This document shows positions 35,224 through 38,157 of a stretch of 38,157 nucleotides of DNA, in pieces. The position numbers and the translations under genes were made by a program. How positions within the stretch are numbered: position 1 is the first letter of the stretch; each line of letters starts with the position of its first letter. This DNA comes from Candidatus Woesearchaeota archaeon. Its GTDB lineage: Archaea > Nanobdellota > Nanobdellia > SCGC-AAA011-G17 > ARS1178. The stretch lies in NCBI GenBank assembly GCA_964367025.1, contig CAYIWE010000001.1:1-38157 (forward strand), given 5' to 3'. The notes beneath the pieces are model-generated. The model saw only the letters and a program-made list of their open reading frames with translations, did not search any database and had not been told where the DNA came from.

Positions 35224-38157
35224 AGATAGAAGAAGGATAGAGAAACTTAGGAAGAGAAAGACAGAGTTAATTAGAAGACTAGAGTATTGTGAATACCACA
35301 AAAAGAAGATACATAGTTTTGTTAAGGAATTAAATGGACAGTATAAACACGGATTGATTAGTCATAAAGAGTATTACAAGAAATTAAATAAGACATTAAA
35401 ACAAAGAACACCAGAACAGTGGATTAGTTATTACAATGACTGGATTAAACACTATAATAGAGATTTAAGAGTTTGTGAAAAAGAAATAAGAGAAGAAAAG
35501 AAAGCACCTGATTTTGTTCCTGTGATAGCGGTAATAGCTATGTTGTTGCTTTTAGGAATTAGTGTGGTGTTCATTAAACCAAGTATTACTGGTTTAACTA
35601 TTAGTGATGGTACAGAGAGTTTAGAAAGTGTAAGCAGTATTATTGAAGGGGGTGTAACAGAAGCAATAGGTGGTGTTGCTGAAGAGAATATAAGTGAAAT
35701 TAGTGAAGAAGGAAAAGTGGAGGTAATAGAAGGTATTGGTGAGATTAGTGAAAATGGTATTGTAGAGACATTACAAGGAGTAGCGGAAATAAATAAACCT
35801 GTTAAATGGATTAAGAAAGTTAAATTAGACAGAGATAGAAGTGGTTTGAGTGTTAAACTACCTGAAAATGTATCTGAAATTAAAATTGAGAAATCACTTA
35901 ATGAGATTAGAGAAGAGATTAGTAAAGAAAAGTTAAAAGAAAGAAAAGAGAGTGGTGTAACTGAAATAGTTATAGAAGACAGTGTAAAAGATATTGAGAT
36001 AGAGTACTATACAGAAGGTCCTAAGATTAGTGAAGAAACAGTTAATGAATACAAGAAAAAAGTATTGATTTATTCTGATGTCCATTATGAAAATATAATT
36101 ACATATACAACAATTACAGAAGCCCCTAAGAATTCAATTAAATTATATAGAACTACTAGCGGAGTAAAAGAACTAGTAGAAATAACAGATTACATAGATA
36201 CAAATAACAATGGTTTAATTGACAAAATTGGTTGGGTAGTACCTTCATTATCCAGTGAAACTTATGAGGTGGAGATTACAATATTGAATGTACAAAGTTA
36301 TCCAATGGTTGGTGGAAATTGGATTGTAGAGTTTACAACTATTGGCAAAGCTGATTTAACAATAAAAGTGTTTAATGGTACTACATGGGACAATATAAAT
36401 GAAGACAATGATTTGAGATTCTTAGAGGTTAAATGTGGTGATAGAATATTAGATTATGAGTGGGTGGACAATTCAGTAACTATTAAAAATTATGAGTGTA
36501 ATGAAGTTGGTTATGAAATAAGCAAAGTTTTAACTGAAGGTGTACATACATTAGAATTTGAGTTTGGTGGACAAAAAGCTTATGCATATAATCAAGCAAT
36601 TAACTTTGCAGGAAGTGAGGCTGTTGATGTTGCAATTACTCCTTTAAGTGAAACTACATTTGCCTTAGCCTGGGTTGATTTTGCTACCCAAAGTGTAATA
36701 TTTAACGTATATAATACTAGTGGAGTAATTATACTTAATAATGTGATTGTTGATTCAACAGCACCTACAAATGATTCAAGAGTTGACATAGATAGAATAA
36801 ATGATACTGATGTTGTAGTTGCTTGGATTGATGGTAGTGAAAGTGATATAAGTTTTGGAATTTACAATATTGCTGGTGGAAATTGGACTGGTGTAACTGA
36901 TTTAGATACTGCTGTTTCAACTGTAAGGAATGCTACAGATGTTTCTGTTGCAGAAATGGGAAGTAATTTTGTGGTTTGTTATGTTGATCCTGATGAAAAT
37001 GATAGTGATTCATATACAAGAAGTAATGTTGGTGCTGCTCTTGCTGGTGAATACAATATGGATACAGAAATACTTATGGAACTTCAAAATCAAAACCTTC
37101 AAGATTGTAGTGCAATAAATAGTACTGCTTTTGCGGCTTTTTGGTTTGATGATGCAGATGATGATGTAACTCTTGCAATATATGACCCAGCGAGTACTAC
37201 TGCTATTTATGCTGCAGGAGATTTAGATACTAACGTAAGTGGTATTAATGGCCAGGGTGAAAAAGCGCAAGTTGCAGTAACAAATCTTAAACTTGATGAT
37301 GATGCGTTTGCAATGGCATTTTATGATGCTGATGATGATGATATAACAATAGCGATTAGATATGCTAATAATTCAGTTAGACTTGCACCTACTGACATAG
37401 ATACTAATGCTGGAACAAATTCAAGTATTGCTATTGCAGCAATAAATAATAGTGATAATTCGGATAATTTTGTTGTAGTATGGCTGAGTCAAGCCAATAG
37501 TGATATAAGAGCCGGTGTTTTTGATGCTAATGGAACACAAGTAACAAGTACATTTACAATAGACAGTGAAGAAGATGATAATTATCAGTTACTTGATGTT
37601 ATAGGTAAAAATGCTGTAACAGGAATTTCTTTATGTAATAATGCCTTTGTTGTTGCATACACCAATTCATCAAATTTAGCTACATTTAACAAATATTGGA
37701 TGAATGGTACTGAATGGGATGGAGTTTGCCCTGTATCAGTAACCAACACAGCACCAAGTATAACACAAACAGCTCCAGCTACACCTGATACGATTGATGA
37801 ATCTAGTAATGAAAGCTTTGATATTAATGTTAGTGATGCTGAAGCAGATACTTTAGATGTTAGTTGGTATTGGGATTCTGGATGGATAAAATCAGATAGT
37901 GGTGTTAATCTTGATAGTAATTATTCAGAGTTTAATTTCACTGGTAATTTTACAAGTGCTGGTAGTTATAATATTTCTGTAAATGTTACTGATGGAGCCA
38001 TTGAAGCTTGGTATGAATGGAGTTTAACTGTAGATAATAACAACACTATTCCTACTGTTGATAGTTTTGCTCCAGTAGATGACCCATCAGTTGCAGAACC
38101 TAATAATGAAACATTCTCAATTAATATTACTGATGTAGATGAAGATACTGTGTTTAA
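35213..38157 (+). CDS. Giant surface protein (5' part, more than 980 aa, runs off the window): basic cytoplasmic N-terminus, one TM segment, propeller-like repeats, then Ig/PKD-like repeats
   Basis: I read the frame codon by codon from ATG 35213 to 38155 and found no stop; an alternative ATG lies at 35168. The TM segment is FVPVIAVIAMLLLLGISVVFI. There are about 7 repeats of the type V.V....(D)...VVAW.D....DI.F.IY. These are followed by repeats of the type P.(I/V)....P......E..NE.F.IN(V/I).D...DT. The ORF is absent from the ORF track (no stop in the window). It overlaps the upstream gene by 11 nt. Confidence 0.82.
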   Translation, partial: MQSRDRRRIEKLRKRKTELIRRLEYCEYHKKKIHSFVKELNGQYKHGLISHKEYYKKLNKTLKQRTPEQWISYYNDWIKHYNRDLRVCEKEIREEKKAPDFVPVIAVIAMLLLLGISVVFIKPSITGLTISDGTESLESVSSIIEGGVTEAIGGVAEENISEISEEGKVEVIEGIGEISENGIVETLQGVAEINKPVKWIKKVKLDRDRSGLSVKLPENVSEIKIEKSLNEIREEISKEKLKERKESGVTEIVIEDSVKDIEIEYYTEGPKISEETVNEYKKKVLIYSDVHYENIITYTTITEAPKNSIKLYRTTSGVKELVEITDYIDTNNNGLIDKIGWVVPSLSSETYEVEITILNVQSYPMVGGNWIVEFTTIGKADLTIKVFNGTTWDNINEDNDLRFLEVKCGDRILDYEWVDNSVTIKNYECNEVGYEISKVLTEGVHTLEFEFGGQKAYAYNQAINFAGSEAVDVAITPLSETTFALAWVDFATQSVIFNVYNTSGVIILNNVIVDSTAPTNDSRVDIDRINDTDVVVAWIDGSESDISFGIYNIAGGNWTGVTDLDTAVSTVRNATDVSVAEMGSNFVVCYVDPDENDSDSYTRSNVGAALAGEYNMDTEILMELQNQNLQDCSAINSTAFAAFWFDDADDDVTLAIYDPASTTAIYAAGDLDTNVSGINGQGEKAQVAVTNLKLDDDAFAMAFYDADDDDITIAIRYANNSVRLAPTDIDTNAGTNSSIAIAAINNSDNSDNFVVVWLSQANSDIRAGVFDANGTQVTSTFTIDSEEDDNYQLLDVIGKNAVTGISLCNNAFVVAYTNSSNLATFNKYWMNGTEWDGVCPVSVTNTAPSITQTAPATPDTIDESSNESFDINVSDAEADTLDVSWYWDSGWIKSDSGVNLDSNYSEFNFTGNFTSAGSYNISVNVTDGAIEAWYEWSLTVDNNNTIPTVDSFAPVDDPSVAEPNNETFSINITDVDEDTVF

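Overview
This is an AT-rich, tightly packed archaeal chromosome segment. The gene content fits a small-genome DPANN-like archaeon (inference). It includes aRF1, SRP54 and FtsY, eS1, uS15, Bud32, a RecJ/GAN-like DHH nuclease, archaeal ValRS, and a Methanococcales-like S-layer protein. It also includes form III RuBisCO with AMP phosphorylase, gyrase GyrB/GyrA, and many sequon-rich secreted or anchored proteins; start/stop overlaps are frequent. I call about 40 CDS, 5 tRNA genes, one intein, one toxin-antitoxin pair and several repeat or regulatory candidates. One CDS, a surface protein of more than 980 aa at 35213-38157, is missing from the supplied ORF track because it runs off the window. Main observations: (1) Five tandem paralogs (17911-20607) share a nearly identical promoter, 5'UTR and signal-anchor cassette fused to divergent ectodomains of roughly 100-130 aa from no family I recognise. 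(2) The 5 tRNA genes carry about 11 introns. Four have an insertion at the same T-loop site, two have D-loop introns and one has a variable-region intron. The T-loop introns of tRNA-Gln and tRNA-Phe are clearly homologous. (3) aRF1 is interrupted by a 421-aa LAGLIDADG intein directly after the catalytic GGQ motif. (4) A DUF4258-like toxin is paired with a zinc-ribbon/AbrB fusion antitoxin. (5) A conserved element of about 31-33 nt follows stop codons in at least two intergenic spacers. No CRISPR array, rRNA, transposase, integrase or reverse transcriptase was seen. All family assignments come from motif recognition by eye, not database searches.
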